Shown: piece by piece, positions 20,505 through 29,257 of the stretch
How positions within the stretch are numbered: the first letter of the stretch is position 1
Layout of the letters: every line of letters begins with the position of its first letter
From: Bifidobacterium breve
Lineage (GTDB): Bacteria; Actinomycetota; Acidimicrobiia; Acidimicrobiales; Ilumatobacteraceae
DNA length: 29,257 nt
Direction of reading: 5' to 3'
Assembly: GCA_945871625.1 (NCBI GenBank)
Contig: CAMBWL010000001.1
Location: 1 to 29,257 of the forward strand
Position numbers and translations under genes: made by a program
Notes under the pieces: model-generated
Database searches by the model: none
What the model was told of the DNA's origin: nothing
What the model saw: the letters and a program-made list of their open reading frames with translations, nothing else

Positions 20505-21836
20505 TTATTTTTTTGTTTCTTTGGTCGCCTCAACGCTATTGATTTTTTGCGCGATTTCTTGTGCGATTTTAATCTCACTGCCGTGATTTGATGGTTGGTA
20601 ATAGTCGCCTTTGGATTCAGGTGAGCCAGGGCTCGGGTCGGGTAAATATTGTTGTTCGACCCAACCACGCGGGTCGTCGTGTGGATATTGATAACCAACC
20701 CCGTGTCCAAACTCTGCGGCGCCCGGATAGTGCCCGTCTCGAAGATGCGCGGGAACTTCACTGTTCACACCGCGTTGGATATCCTCGCGTGCCGCCCAAA
20801 TGCCGAGCGCGACACGATTGCTTTTTGGAGCAGTCGCCAGATAAACAACCGCTTGAGCCAAATTAAGTTGGGCTTCCGGCAACCCAACATGCTCAAGCGC
20901 ACTCGCCGCAGCAACGGCGACCACCAATGCATTCGGGTCGGCCATACCAATATCTTCGCTGGCCAAGATCACCAATCGTCGAGCGATGAACCTGGCGTCA
21001 TCACCCGACTCAAGCATTCGTGCGAGCCAGAACAAACCAGCCTGCGCATTTGATCCACGAATGCTCTTGATGAATGCGGAGACAACGTCGTAGTGATCAT
21101 CTCTGCCGTAGCGCAACGCGCTCACACCAAGCGCCGCGTCTACTTGCGCCATCGTCACGTGTCTGTTGTTTTCGTGTGCAAGCACGCAAGAAACTTCGAG
21201 TGCCGTTAGCGCCTGTCGCGCGTCACCACCACAGCGTTGAGCAAGCGCATCCAACGCTTCGACGTCGGCCGTGACTGATTCGGCAACCACACCTCGTTTC
21301 AATAATTCTTTGACATCGCTCACCAACAGCGGTTCTAAGCGAAACAAAGTTGAACGACTGCGCAACGGTGCGTTCAATTCAAAATATGGATTCTCTGTCG
21401 TCGCCCCAATCAACGTGATCACTCCGGACTCGACCGACGGCAACAGTGCATCTTGCTGCGAAGTTGAGAACCGATGTATTTCATCGATGAACACGATCGT
21501 GCCCCGACCAAACTGCCCGAGTCTTTCGGCGGCCAATTCAATGGCTTCACGAACATCTTTCACCCCTGCGCTTACTGCCGAGAGTCGTTCGAAGTGACGA
21601 TTAGTGGTCAACGCCACGACTTCGGCAAGGGTCGTCTTGCCGGTACCTGGTGGTCCCCAAAAAATTACCGAAGAAAGTCGGTCTTGCTCGATCAAAAGTC
21701 GCAACGGCGATTGCTCCGCGACGAGATGTTGTTGGCCGACTACTTCATCGAGCGACCTCGGTCGCAAACGGGCTGCGAGCGGTGCTTGCGCTTTGAGTCG
21801 TTCAGCCGCCGCGGCACTGAACAAATCATTTTTCAT
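20505..21836 (-). CDS. rarA: Replication-associated recombination protein A (MgsA/RarA AAA+ ATPase)
   Basis: PLAARLRPRSLDEVVGQ, WGPPGTGKTT, FIDEIHRF, GATTENP, SAFIKSIRGS, ASEDIGMADP, VPAHLRD. Confidence 0.96.
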   Translation of the reverse strand: MKNDLFSAAAAERLKAQAPLAARLRPRSLDEVVGQQHLVAEQSPLRLLIEQDRLSSVIFWGPPGTGKTTLAEVVALTTNRHFERLSAVSAGVKDVREAIELAAERLGQFGRGTIVFIDEIHRFSTSQQDALLPSVESGVITLIGATTENPYFELNAPLRSRSTLFRLEPLLVSDVKELLKRGVVAESVTADVEALDALAQRCGGDARQALTALEVSCVLAHENNRHVTMAQVDAALGVSALRYGRDDHYDVVSAFIKSIRGSNAQAGLFWLARMLESGDDARFIARRLVILASEDIGMADPNALVVAVAAASALEHVGLPEAQLNLAQAVVYLATAPKSNRVALGIWAAREDIQRGVNSEVPAHLRDGHYPGAAEFGHGVGYQYPHDDPRGWVEQQYLPDPSPGSPESKGDYYQPSNHGSEIKIAQEIAQKINSVEATKETKK

Positions 21837-23605
21837 TTGATAGCTGGTGGCAACAGCCTGATGCCCAGTTCTTTAAGTTGCGCCGCATCGACCGTCGTCG
21901 GGGCATTGGTCATCGGATCAGAACCTGACTGAGTTTTTGGAAACGCAATCACTTCGCGAATATTGTCTTCGCCAGCCAATATCGCCACGAGACGGTCAAT
22001 ACCAAACGCAAACCCGCCATGTGGCGGCGCACCATATTTAAATGGTTGCAAAAAGAAACCAAAGCGTGCGTCGGCATCTTCGTCTGATATGCCCAATTGT
22101 CGAAAGACACGGCGCTGCAACTCTGGCTCGTGAATCCGAATCGATCCTGAACCAAGTTCCCAGCCGTTCAAGACCAAGTCATAAGCCAGTGCACGCACCG
22201 AGAGCGGTTCGGTTTCTAGACGATCAACATCTTCTTGGTGCGGGTGACAAAACGGATGATGTCCAGGCTGAGGCATGTTGGTGGTCGGGTTGATACCGAC
22301 GAACATCGGAAAGTCGACGATCCATACATATCTATAGGGGCCCTCATGCACCGGCGGACGGCCGAGATCGTTGCGCAACTGCCCGAGCACCGAACACGTT
22401 GTCGCCCATTGATCAGCAACAATCAGTATCAAATCTCCGACAGTGGCCTTGGTTTGGGCGATCAAATCAGCCTGCTCTTTCGCCGACAAAAACTTGGCTA
22501 CAGGCGATTCAAGCACCGAACCATCAGCAACTTTGATCCAAACGAGGCCCTTCGCTCCGAGTTTCTTGGCGCGCTCGGTCAATGCATCAAGTTTGTTGCG
22601 GCCACTTGCTGCCTGAAGCGGATAATCGGCGCCGCGCACGCAGATCGCCTTGATCGACTCAGCCGATGCAAAAGCCTTGAACTCGGTCGACGCAAACACT
22701 TTGGTCAACTCGACGAGTTTCATTGCAAAACGCAGATCAGGTTTGTCGATGCCATAATCGTTCATCGCCTCGTGCCAAGTCATGCGTTCGATCGGCGGCG
22801 GCTCTGAGCCAGTGGCGGCTTTAGCCGCGGCAATCACGGCCGTCGAAATCATCGTCATGACATCGTCTTTGTTGACGAAACTCATTTCGGCGTCAAGTTG
22901 CATGAATTCGTATTGTCTGTCGGCACGCAAGTCTTCATCGCGCAAACACTTTGCAATTTGGTAATAACGGTCGATGCCTGCGACCATCAACAACTGTTTC
23001 CAGAGTTGCGGTGATTGCGGCAACGCATAAAACGAACCAGGTTCATTGCGTGAGGGCACCAAAAACTCGCGGGCACCTTCGGGAGTGCTGGGCATCAAAA
23101 GCGGCGTTTCAATCTCGGTAAATCCTTGCGACTCCATCGATTTACGAATCGCCGAGTTAACCGCGGCCCGCAGGCGCAAGTTCTTCTGCATTCGTTCACG
23201 CCGAATGTCCAAGTATCGATACTTCAGGCGCACATTTTCGTCGACATCATCACCACGTTGATCGATTGGAAACGGCGGCGGCTCGGCATTGTTCAAAACC
23301 TCGATTTTGCAATCAGCAAGTTCAACTTTGCCCGTTGGAATATTCTCGTTGACAGTGCCCGCAGGTCGTGCCTGCACTGTGCCCGTCACCCTGATCACCC
23401 ATTCACTTCGCACATCAACAGAGTTGTCTACGACACATTGAACAATGCCGCTGTAGTCGCGCAAATCCAAGAAAGCTAGATGCTCACCGTGTTCGCGTCG
23501 ACGACCCACCCATCCACAGAGTGTGACCTTCTGACCAATTTTCTCGGCGTGCATCTCACCACAGAGATGAGTGCGAAGTGCGGTGCTGTTATTTTTTGCC
23601 GTCAT
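21833..23605 (-). CDS. aspS: Aspartate--tRNA ligase (likely non-discriminating Asp/Asn)
   Basis: LKYRYLDIRR, STPEGAREFLVPSR, LPQSPQLWKQLLM, RDEDLRADRQ, HHPF, GSIRIH, PPHGGFAFGIDR, IAFPKT. Confidence 0.98.
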   Translation of the reverse strand: MTAKNNSTALRTHLCGEMHAEKIGQKVTLCGWVGRRREHGEHLAFLDLRDYSGIVQCVVDNSVDVRSEWVIRVTGTVQARPAGTVNENIPTGKVELADCKIEVLNNAEPPPFPIDQRGDDVDENVRLKYRYLDIRRERMQKNLRLRAAVNSAIRKSMESQGFTEIETPLLMPSTPEGAREFLVPSRNEPGSFYALPQSPQLWKQLLMVAGIDRYYQIAKCLRDEDLRADRQYEFMQLDAEMSFVNKDDVMTMISTAVIAAAKAATGSEPPPIERMTWHEAMNDYGIDKPDLRFAMKLVELTKVFASTEFKAFASAESIKAICVRGADYPLQAASGRNKLDALTERAKKLGAKGLVWIKVADGSVLESPVAKFLSAKEQADLIAQTKATVGDLILIVADQWATTCSVLGQLRNDLGRPPVHEGPYRYVWIVDFPMFVGINPTTNMPQPGHHPFCHPHQEDVDRLETEPLSVRALAYDLVLNGWELGSGSIRIHEPELQRRVFRQLGISDEDADARFGFFLQPFKYGAPPHGGFAFGIDRLVAILAGEDNIREVIAFPKTQSGSDPMTNAPTTVDAAQLKELGIRLLPPAIK

Positions 23606-23622
23606 TAACTAATACTGCGCTT

Positions 23623-24879
23623 TCATTTGACATTCAGTGCTTTCAAAACTTCGCCGATCACATCTTTGTGGGCAATTGAGTATTGCTCCCCAGAGCCCAT
23701 CTTGCGCAACATTATTGTCGAATTTTGTACTTCATCAGACCCGATTATCAAGGCGACGCTTGCAGCGCTGCGATCTGCCGACTTCATTTGGGCTTTGATA
23801 CTGCGCAAATCATATGCACGATCGGCACTAATACCGTTCTGGCGCAACAAATGACACAGTTCGTGCGCATGGCCACCATCTACCGTGTCGACCACAAAAA
23901 TCTGCACTGCAGTTGTTGGTGCGACGAATGTGTTTTCGGCATCACAGGCCAAAAGGGTGCGGTCCAGTCCGAGGGCAAAACCGATTCCAGGTGTCGCTGG
24001 ACCGCCAAGTGCTTCAACGAGCCCGTCGTAGCGCCCACCTCCACCAATCGCCGTATGTGCTGCATCGAGTGCGAGCGAGGTGAATTCAAATGTCGTGCGA
24101 CGATAATAATCAAGCCCGCGCACGAGTCGATTGTTTATCTCATAAGAAATATTCAGTGCATCAAGTGCGCGCAATACGGCGTCAAAGTGTTGATTGGCGC
24201 TTTCACTAATCGACTCACGTATTGCGGGTGCTCCAGCAATAACTTTTTGATCCGGTTCACGTTTCGAGTCGAGCACACGCAATGGGTTGCGCGCCAAAGT
24301 TGCACGACTTTCGCTCGTGAGATCTTTTTCATGGGCAGAAAAATATTTGAGCAGTATCTGCGAATACTGTTCGCGGTCTCCCGCATCCCCGAGAGTGTTC
24401 ACCGATAGATGCACTTTTTTAAGACCAAGGTCAGCATAAAACTTTGCCGCCAGGGCAATCACCTCGGCATCCAACAGCGGGTCGTCAGCGCCGAGAGCTT
24501 CCACCCCGACTTGATCAAACTGTCGATATCTACCCTGCTGGGGTTTTTCGTAGCGAAAATTTGGGCCGGCGTACCAAACTTTCCACGGCGTGATCGGTCG
24601 ATGCTCGACATAAGCCCGGCAAACGCCTGCTGTTTGCTCGGGTCGCAGTGCAACGTGCCGACCACCCTTGTCGTGAAAGTCGTACATCTCTTTTGTAACC
24701 ACTTCGGTCGTCTCGCCCAAACGCAAAAATACATCCAGGTCTTCGAACATCGGCGGAATTATGAAGTTATAACCTGCGGCCTCGACGGTGTGGGCAAAAA
24801 CGTCCTGAAAAGCACGCCAGCGCCCAGAATGTGGCGCCAGAATGTCGCGGGTACCAGGAGAAGTCTTAAATTCGGGCAC
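23623..24879 (-). CDS. hisS: Histidine--tRNA ligase
   Basis: GTRDI, KEMY, LRPEQTAG, FRYEKPQQGRYRQF, LVRGLDYY, GGGGRYDGL, GFALGLDR, C-terminal anticodon-binding domain. Confidence 0.98.
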   Translation of the reverse strand: MPEFKTSPGTRDILAPHSGRWRAFQDVFAHTVEAAGYNFIIPPMFEDLDVFLRLGETTEVVTKEMYDFHDKGGRHVALRPEQTAGVCRAYVEHRPITPWKVWYAGPNFRYEKPQQGRYRQFDQVGVEALGADDPLLDAEVIALAAKFYADLGLKKVHLSVNTLGDAGDREQYSQILLKYFSAHEKDLTSESRATLARNPLRVLDSKREPDQKVIAGAPAIRESISESANQHFDAVLRALDALNISYEINNRLVRGLDYYRRTTFEFTSLALDAAHTAIGGGGRYDGLVEALGGPATPGIGFALGLDRTLLACDAENTFVAPTTAVQIFVVDTVDGGHAHELCHLLRQNGISADRAYDLRSIKAQMKSADRSAASVALIIGSDEVQNSTIMLRKMGSGEQYSIAHKDVIGEVLKALNVK

Positions 24880-24885
24880 GCGTGA

Positions 24886-24891
24886 AGGCTA
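24886..24891 (-). promoter_or_regulatory. Putative -10 hexamer TAGCCT, leaderless hisS
   Basis: TAGCCT-TCACGC-GTG (6-nt spacing); no SD. Confidence 0.55.
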
Positions 24892-24917
24892 GACGCTTTG
24901 ACGACGCAGACGAATCA

Positions 24918-27176
24918 TCATCTAGATGCCGACGGATGGTCAATGTCATCGCCGTCGACAACATCTTGGGCGACACCTGGCAAGGCTCGACTGACGTCGT
25001 AAACCCCTTCAATTCGCTTGATCATCCGAAGCACCGACTGCAAGTGACCCGGGTCGGCGAACTCAAATTCAAACCGCATTCGCGCAACCCGATCTACGCC
25101 AGTATGCGTCGCGCATGAAACTATATTCACGTGCTCATCCGATAGCGCGTTGGCAACATCTCGCAACAAACGCGAACGGTCAAGCGCTTTCACTTCGACC
25201 GCGGCGACGAACATCGTGTCCGAACTCTCACGAGACCAGTCGACATCAACAACACGCGCGGCATCTTGGGATACAAGCGCGGCAGCGTTGGCGCAATCGG
25301 TCCGATGCACCGTGACGCCACGACCTTTGGTGACAAAACCCATCACTTCATCGGGTGGAACCGGCGTGCAGCAGCGCGATAGCCGAACGAGTACGTCCGG
25401 CATTCCTTCTATATGTACGCCATTTTTCTGCGGAGATGCAGTGCTAGTTGCACCGACTGATGACATTGAAAGTTGATCCGGCTGAACACCGTCCCGCATT
25501 CGTTTCGACAGTCCTTCAACAATCGCCACGGCATCAATACGCTGATCTCCGATCGCAGCAAAAAATTCGCTCGCATCGGCGAAGTTCAAAGTGGCGATTT
25601 CATCCAGCAAAGCTTGGGATGAAATAATCTTTTGTGCGGGCAAACCCGCCTGCCGAAGGCGCTCAATCAGCTCGTCTCGTCCGTTTTCGACCAGGTCTTC
25701 AAGACGCTCACGCGTAAGCCATTGTTTGATCTTGCTTCTAGCCTTGGGGGAAACTACGAACTCAAGCCAATCTTGGGATGGCTCATTTGTTTCGCCTTGT
25801 GAAACTAAAACTTCGCATGTATCACCTGAAGCGAGTTTGTAGTCGAGCGGCACCAATCGACCATTGACCCTTGCGCCCATGCAACTGTGACCAACTTCGG
25901 TGTGTACTGCGTAGGCGAAGTCGACTGGCGTCGACAAAGCTGGCAAGGTTATTACTCGACCTTTAGGTGTGAACAAGAACAACTCGTCTTGATCCAAATC
26001 GGTTTTAAGAATCTCCAAGAACTGACTCGGGTCAGACACTTCACCTTGCCAATCAATGATCCGATTCAACCAATCAATGTCACCTTGTATCGCCGTGTCC
26101 TTATATGCCCAGTGCGATGCCACACCCCACTCTGCACGTTGGTGCATCTCTCGTGTGCGAATCTGTACTTCAATCGGTTTGCCACCTGGGCCAACGACCG
26201 TCGTATGCAAGGACTGATACAAATTAAACTTCGGCATAGCGATGTAATCTTTGAATCTTCCAACAATCGGTTTCCAGTGCCCGTGAATTGCGCCGAGCAC
26301 CGTGTAGCAATCTTTTTCTGACTCGACCACGATACGAATCGCCAGCAGGTCGTAAATATCGTCGAACTCGCGACTTTTTTGTACCATCTTTTCGTAGATG
26401 CTCCATAAATGCTTGCCGCGAGCCGTCAACTCGGCTTTGATCTTGACTTCTTCAAGCCACTGCTGCACTTGACCAATGCTCTTTGCCAGATAAGCATTGC
26501 GTTCGGGTGCGCGCATGGCGACAAGATGGTCAAGTTCTGCATAACGCTTTGGATACAAAGCAGCGAATGCCAAATCTTCGAGTTGCTGTTTAATTTCTTG
26601 CATTCCAAGGCGGTGCGCCAACGGTGCATAAATGTCCAGAGTTTCTTGGGCAACTCTCTGTTGCTTTTCATGCGAAACCGCAGCGATGGTGCGCATGTTG
26701 TGCAACCGATCGGCAAGCTTGATCATCAATACCCGCAAGTCACGTGCCATCGCCACGAGCATCTTGCGCATCGTTGCGGCCTGCTGCGCTTCTTTTGAAT
26801 CAAACTGCAATCTTTCAAGTTTCGTGACACCATCAACAATCGCCGAAACTTCACTGCCAAAATTGCTTTCAACATCGGCGATGGTGATCTCTGTGTCTTC
26901 TACGGCGTCATGTAGAAGTGCAGCCACTATAGAAACTTCGTCCAGACCAATATCGGCGACTATTCGTGCGACAGCAATCGGATGATTGATGTAAAGTTCG
27001 CCACTGGATCGATTTTGATTTGCGTGCGCTGAACGCGCCATTTCGTAAGCCGCATTGATCAGCGACACCGACCCTTTCGGATGACGCGACTTGTAGGCGC
27101 TCAACAACGGCGATAGCTCTTCGGCAATCGTTGCACTTTGGCGCCGCCACGGCAGCACCCTTGATGAGGTGGCCAC
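24918..27176 (-). CDS. relA: Bifunctional (p)ppGpp synthetase/hydrolase Rel (long RSH)
   Basis: HD hydrolase (YINHP, LLHDAVEDT), IKLADRLHNMRT, synthetase (RFKDYIAMPK, YQSLHT, EVQIRT), TGS (DFAYAVHT), RCC...HRTDC cluster and C-terminal ACT domain. Confidence 0.98.
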   Translation of the reverse strand: MATSSRVLPWRRQSATIAEELSPLLSAYKSRHPKGSVSLINAAYEMARSAHANQNRSSGELYINHPIAVARIVADIGLDEVSIVAALLHDAVEDTEITIADVESNFGSEVSAIVDGVTKLERLQFDSKEAQQAATMRKMLVAMARDLRVLMIKLADRLHNMRTIAAVSHEKQQRVAQETLDIYAPLAHRLGMQEIKQQLEDLAFAALYPKRYAELDHLVAMRAPERNAYLAKSIGQVQQWLEEVKIKAELTARGKHLWSIYEKMVQKSREFDDIYDLLAIRIVVESEKDCYTVLGAIHGHWKPIVGRFKDYIAMPKFNLYQSLHTTVVGPGGKPIEVQIRTREMHQRAEWGVASHWAYKDTAIQGDIDWLNRIIDWQGEVSDPSQFLEILKTDLDQDELFLFTPKGRVITLPALSTPVDFAYAVHTEVGHSCMGARVNGRLVPLDYKLASGDTCEVLVSQGETNEPSQDWLEFVVSPKARSKIKQWLTRERLEDLVENGRDELIERLRQAGLPAQKIISSQALLDEIATLNFADASEFFAAIGDQRIDAVAIVEGLSKRMRDGVQPDQLSMSSVGATSTASPQKNGVHIEGMPDVLVRLSRCCTPVPPDEVMGFVTKGRGVTVHRTDCANAAALVSQDAARVVDVDWSRESSDTMFVAAVEVKALDRSRLLRDVANALSDEHVNIVSCATHTGVDRVARMRFEFEFADPGHLQSVLRMIKRIEGVYDVSRALPGVAQDVVDGDDIDHPSASR

Positions 27177-27182
27177 GGTTAA

Positions 27183-27188
27183 AGCGTA
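27183..27188 (-). promoter_or_regulatory. Putative -10 hexamer TACGCT, leaderless rel
   Basis: TACGCT-TTAACC-GTG (6-nt spacing) inside a 15-nt gap with no SD. Confidence 0.55.
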
Positions 27189-27191
27189 GTG

Positions 27192-28328
27192 CTAACGGCG
27201 TTTTTTGCGTGGTCGCGGTGGATGCGTAAGCACCGATGTTGCTCGCTGTGCAACTTCGCTGACCGTGTCTTTGGCACTTTGATCTGATTCGTCGCCAGAA
27301 GTCACAGCACCGCTCGCCCGTTTTATGATTGCACCCAAACCCATGAGTTCGGCCATTGCTGCACCAGTCGCGAGTTGTCCCCTGAACGGCTTGTACTTAA
27401 CTTCGTTGCGCTTGAGCAAATCCAGCAAGGGTACCGCCACGAAAATCGATGAATACGTGCCGGCGAGCATGCCGACCAACAGTGCCACCGCGAATTCTTC
27501 GAGACTCTTGGCGCCAAGCACCATTGAGCCGACTACCAACAGCGACACAACCGGCAATGCCGACGAAAGTGTCGTATTGAGTGACCTTGCAAGCACTTCG
27601 TTAGTTGAGACATTGGCGACGTTGGCAAACGACTGGCGCGAAGTCGCGAACTTTTGCGAATTTTCCTGCACCCGGTCAAACACCACAACCGTGTCGTAAA
27701 GCGAATAGCCCAAGATCGTCAAAAAGGCGACGACCGTTGCAGGTGTGACTTCGAAACCAAAGAGCGAGTAGACGCCCACGCTAAGCAGCACGTCATGGAC
27801 CATTGCGACCAGAGCGGTGATCGCCATCTTCCATTCGAGTCGCCACGAAATATAGAGAGATACGATGACGAAAAACACGAGCAAAGCACGAATTGCCTTT
27901 TCGGTGATGCTGCGTCCCCAAGAAGAACTAACTGAGGCCACGCTCACCTCTTGAACCTCGACTTTTGCCAGTTCAGCGAACGACTTCTGTGTAGCCAATC
28001 GAATATCTTCGGGTTGATCACCAACCTGCACTCGCATCACCCGTGATTCGCTACTCGTCAAAAACTGAATTTTTGCATTTGATGTCTCGATGTTGTTGGC
28101 CTCAAGAACTTCACGGGCGTCTTGATCGGTAATTGACTCAGCTGGCAGTTCCCAAGCCACCCCACCGCGAAAGTCGATGCCAAGTTCAAGCCCCTGAACC
28201 AACAGTGAAAGCGCACCTGCCAACACAATCACCAGCGAGACCGTGAAGCCAATCACTCGTTTGCCGATGAAGTTAAAAGTCGTCTCTCCCCGGTAGATAC
28301 GACCAAACCCTGCCATGAATTTTTTCAT
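27192..28328 (-). CDS. secF: Protein translocase subunit SecF
   Basis: GIDFRGG, six TM segments, ILGYSLYDTVVVFDR, RSLNT, GTYSSIFVAVP. Start is ATG 28328 or GTG 28331, after GAGGTG. Confidence 0.96.
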   Translation of the reverse strand: MKKFMAGFGRIYRGETTFNFIGKRVIGFTVSLVIVLAGALSLLVQGLELGIDFRGGVAWELPAESITDQDAREVLEANNIETSNAKIQFLTSSESRVMRVQVGDQPEDIRLATQKSFAELAKVEVQEVSVASVSSSWGRSITEKAIRALLVFFVIVSLYISWRLEWKMAITALVAMVHDVLLSVGVYSLFGFEVTPATVVAFLTILGYSLYDTVVVFDRVQENSQKFATSRQSFANVANVSTNEVLARSLNTTLSSALPVVSLLVVGSMVLGAKSLEEFAVALLVGMLAGTYSSIFVAVPLLDLLKRNEVKYKPFRGQLATGAAMAELMGLGAIIKRASGAVTSGDESDQSAKDTVSEVAQRATSVLTHPPRPRKKRR

Positions 28329-29257
28329 CACATCACCTCAGGCTTGACAGTTTGAATGCCGAGAACTTTACGACCCTGCGCACGCTTTGATCTTGCGAAT
28401 AGCAGTACGGCGTTACGAGTAAAGAAATAGGTCACGAGAATATCTGTCAAGGCCGAAATACCAAGGAAGAACGCGAAACCCCGCACCGAGCCAACCGTGA
28501 GATACCACAAAACGATCGCCGCAATGAACGAGACGGTATCTGCGGCCACGATGGTGCGCCATGCCGACTCGAAACTACGCAGTGCCGAATTTTTTAAAGT
28601 CTTACCCAAACGAATTTCGTCTTTAATTCGCTCGAAAAACACGATGTACGAGTCGACTGCGATGCCGATCGAAACGATGATGCCAGCAATGCCCGACAGC
28701 GAGAGCGCCAGTCCGTTGGTGCGCGACAACAAGGAAATCAGACTCCATAAGAAGGCGATCGAGACGCTCATGCCCGCCAGAACGAACACCGCCATCCAAC
28801 GGTAATAAGCCAACAACAGCAGGACTACGAGCAAGATACCAACCAAACCCGAGATCAATGCCGCACGCATCGAATCAGCACCCAATGTTGCCGAAACAGT
28901 TTGCGCTTGAGAGACACCGAAACGAACAGGCACGGCGCCGAACTCAAGAATCTTCGCCAACTCGCGTGCTTCCTCGGCTGTGAATGAGCCTGTGATCTGC
29001 ACCGTTCCACCCGTGAACTCTGGTTCATTAACTGTTGGCGCAGAAATTACTACACCGTCCAGAACCATTGCCAACTGCCCCGTCGGACACTCGGCAGTTC
29101 TGTTGAAGCAAGCTGCGGCGAGTTTGTTCCATAGTTGATCGCCGTCTGGGCCGCTTCGCAAACCAACGACCACCGCCCACTGTCCTGTTTCGACATCGGC
29201 TCGTGCGTCATTTTTGAAAACTTTTCCGGACGCGCCGGCTGGACCGACGACATAGGC
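28328..29257 (-). CDS. secD: Protein translocase subunit SecD, 5' part outside the window
   Basis: Frame open to the window edge (AYVVGPAG...); LDGVVISAP, QITGSFT, VSATLG, GIAVDSYIVFFERIKDE, GSVRGFA. Confidence 0.96.
   Translation of the reverse strand, partial: AYVVGPAGASGKVFKNDARADVETGQWAVVVGLRSGPDGDQLWNKLAAACFNRTAECPTGQLAMVLDGVVISAPTVNEPEFTGGTVQITGSFTAEEARELAKILEFGAVPVRFGVSQAQTVSATLGADSMRAALISGLVGILLVVLLLLAYYRWMAVFVLAGMSVSIAFLWSLISLLSRTNGLALSLSGIAGIIVSIGIAVDSYIVFFERIKDEIRLGKTLKNSALRSFESAWRTIVAADTVSFIAAIVLWYLTVGSVRGFAFFLGISALTDILVTYFFTRNAVLLFARSKRAQGRKVLGIQTVKPEVM

Noticed and set aside
20486-20761. 91-aa alternative-frame ORF in the rarA 3' end whose stop overlaps the next ATG, a possible frameshifted RarA tail
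   Set aside because: The in-frame RarA C-terminus already looks complete, and any ATG-A start creates a TGA in another frame.
23683-24408. 241-aa plus-strand ORF antisense to hisS
   Set aside because: It is in exact codon register with hisS, so stops require TTA, CTA or TCA sense codons, which are scarce. No recognisable protein features; a shadow ORF.
21833-24917. Possible 6S RNA near aspS/rarA or T-box before hisS-aspS, as in Firmicutes
   Set aside because: No room: the gaps are -4, 17 and 38 nt, and no T-box motif is visible.

Overview
Dense housekeeping region with 25 co-oriented minus-strand genes and only about 330 nt of intergenic DNA (hand-summed). In transcription order (right to left): secD (partial), secF, rel, hisS, aspS, rarA, small membrane-anchored protein, alaS, ruvX, mltG, aroE, aroC, aroK, aroB, aroQ, pepQ, efp, nusB, DUF2079-like membrane protein, pyrR, pyrB, pyrC, carA, carB, pyrD (partial, absent from the ORF track). 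The gene order is actinobacterial. Moderate GC (roughly 50-55% by eye) and tight packing suggest a streamlined Acidimicrobiia-like genome; this is inference. I see no rRNA, tRNA, CRISPR array, mobile element or defence system, and no convincing new multi-gene system. Best leads: (1) a PyrR-binding RNA hairpin overlapping the pyrR Shine-Dalgarno; (2) an orphan GT-C-like DUF2079 gene between nusB and pyrR; (3) a family 1B pyrD coupled directly to carB with no pyrK; (4) EF-P with a PGKGG loop rather than the actinobacterial PGKGP; (5) repeated TAnnCT hexamers 6-8 nt before SD-less start codons, suggesting leaderless internal promoters. Family assignments come from motifs recognised by eye, not from database searches.
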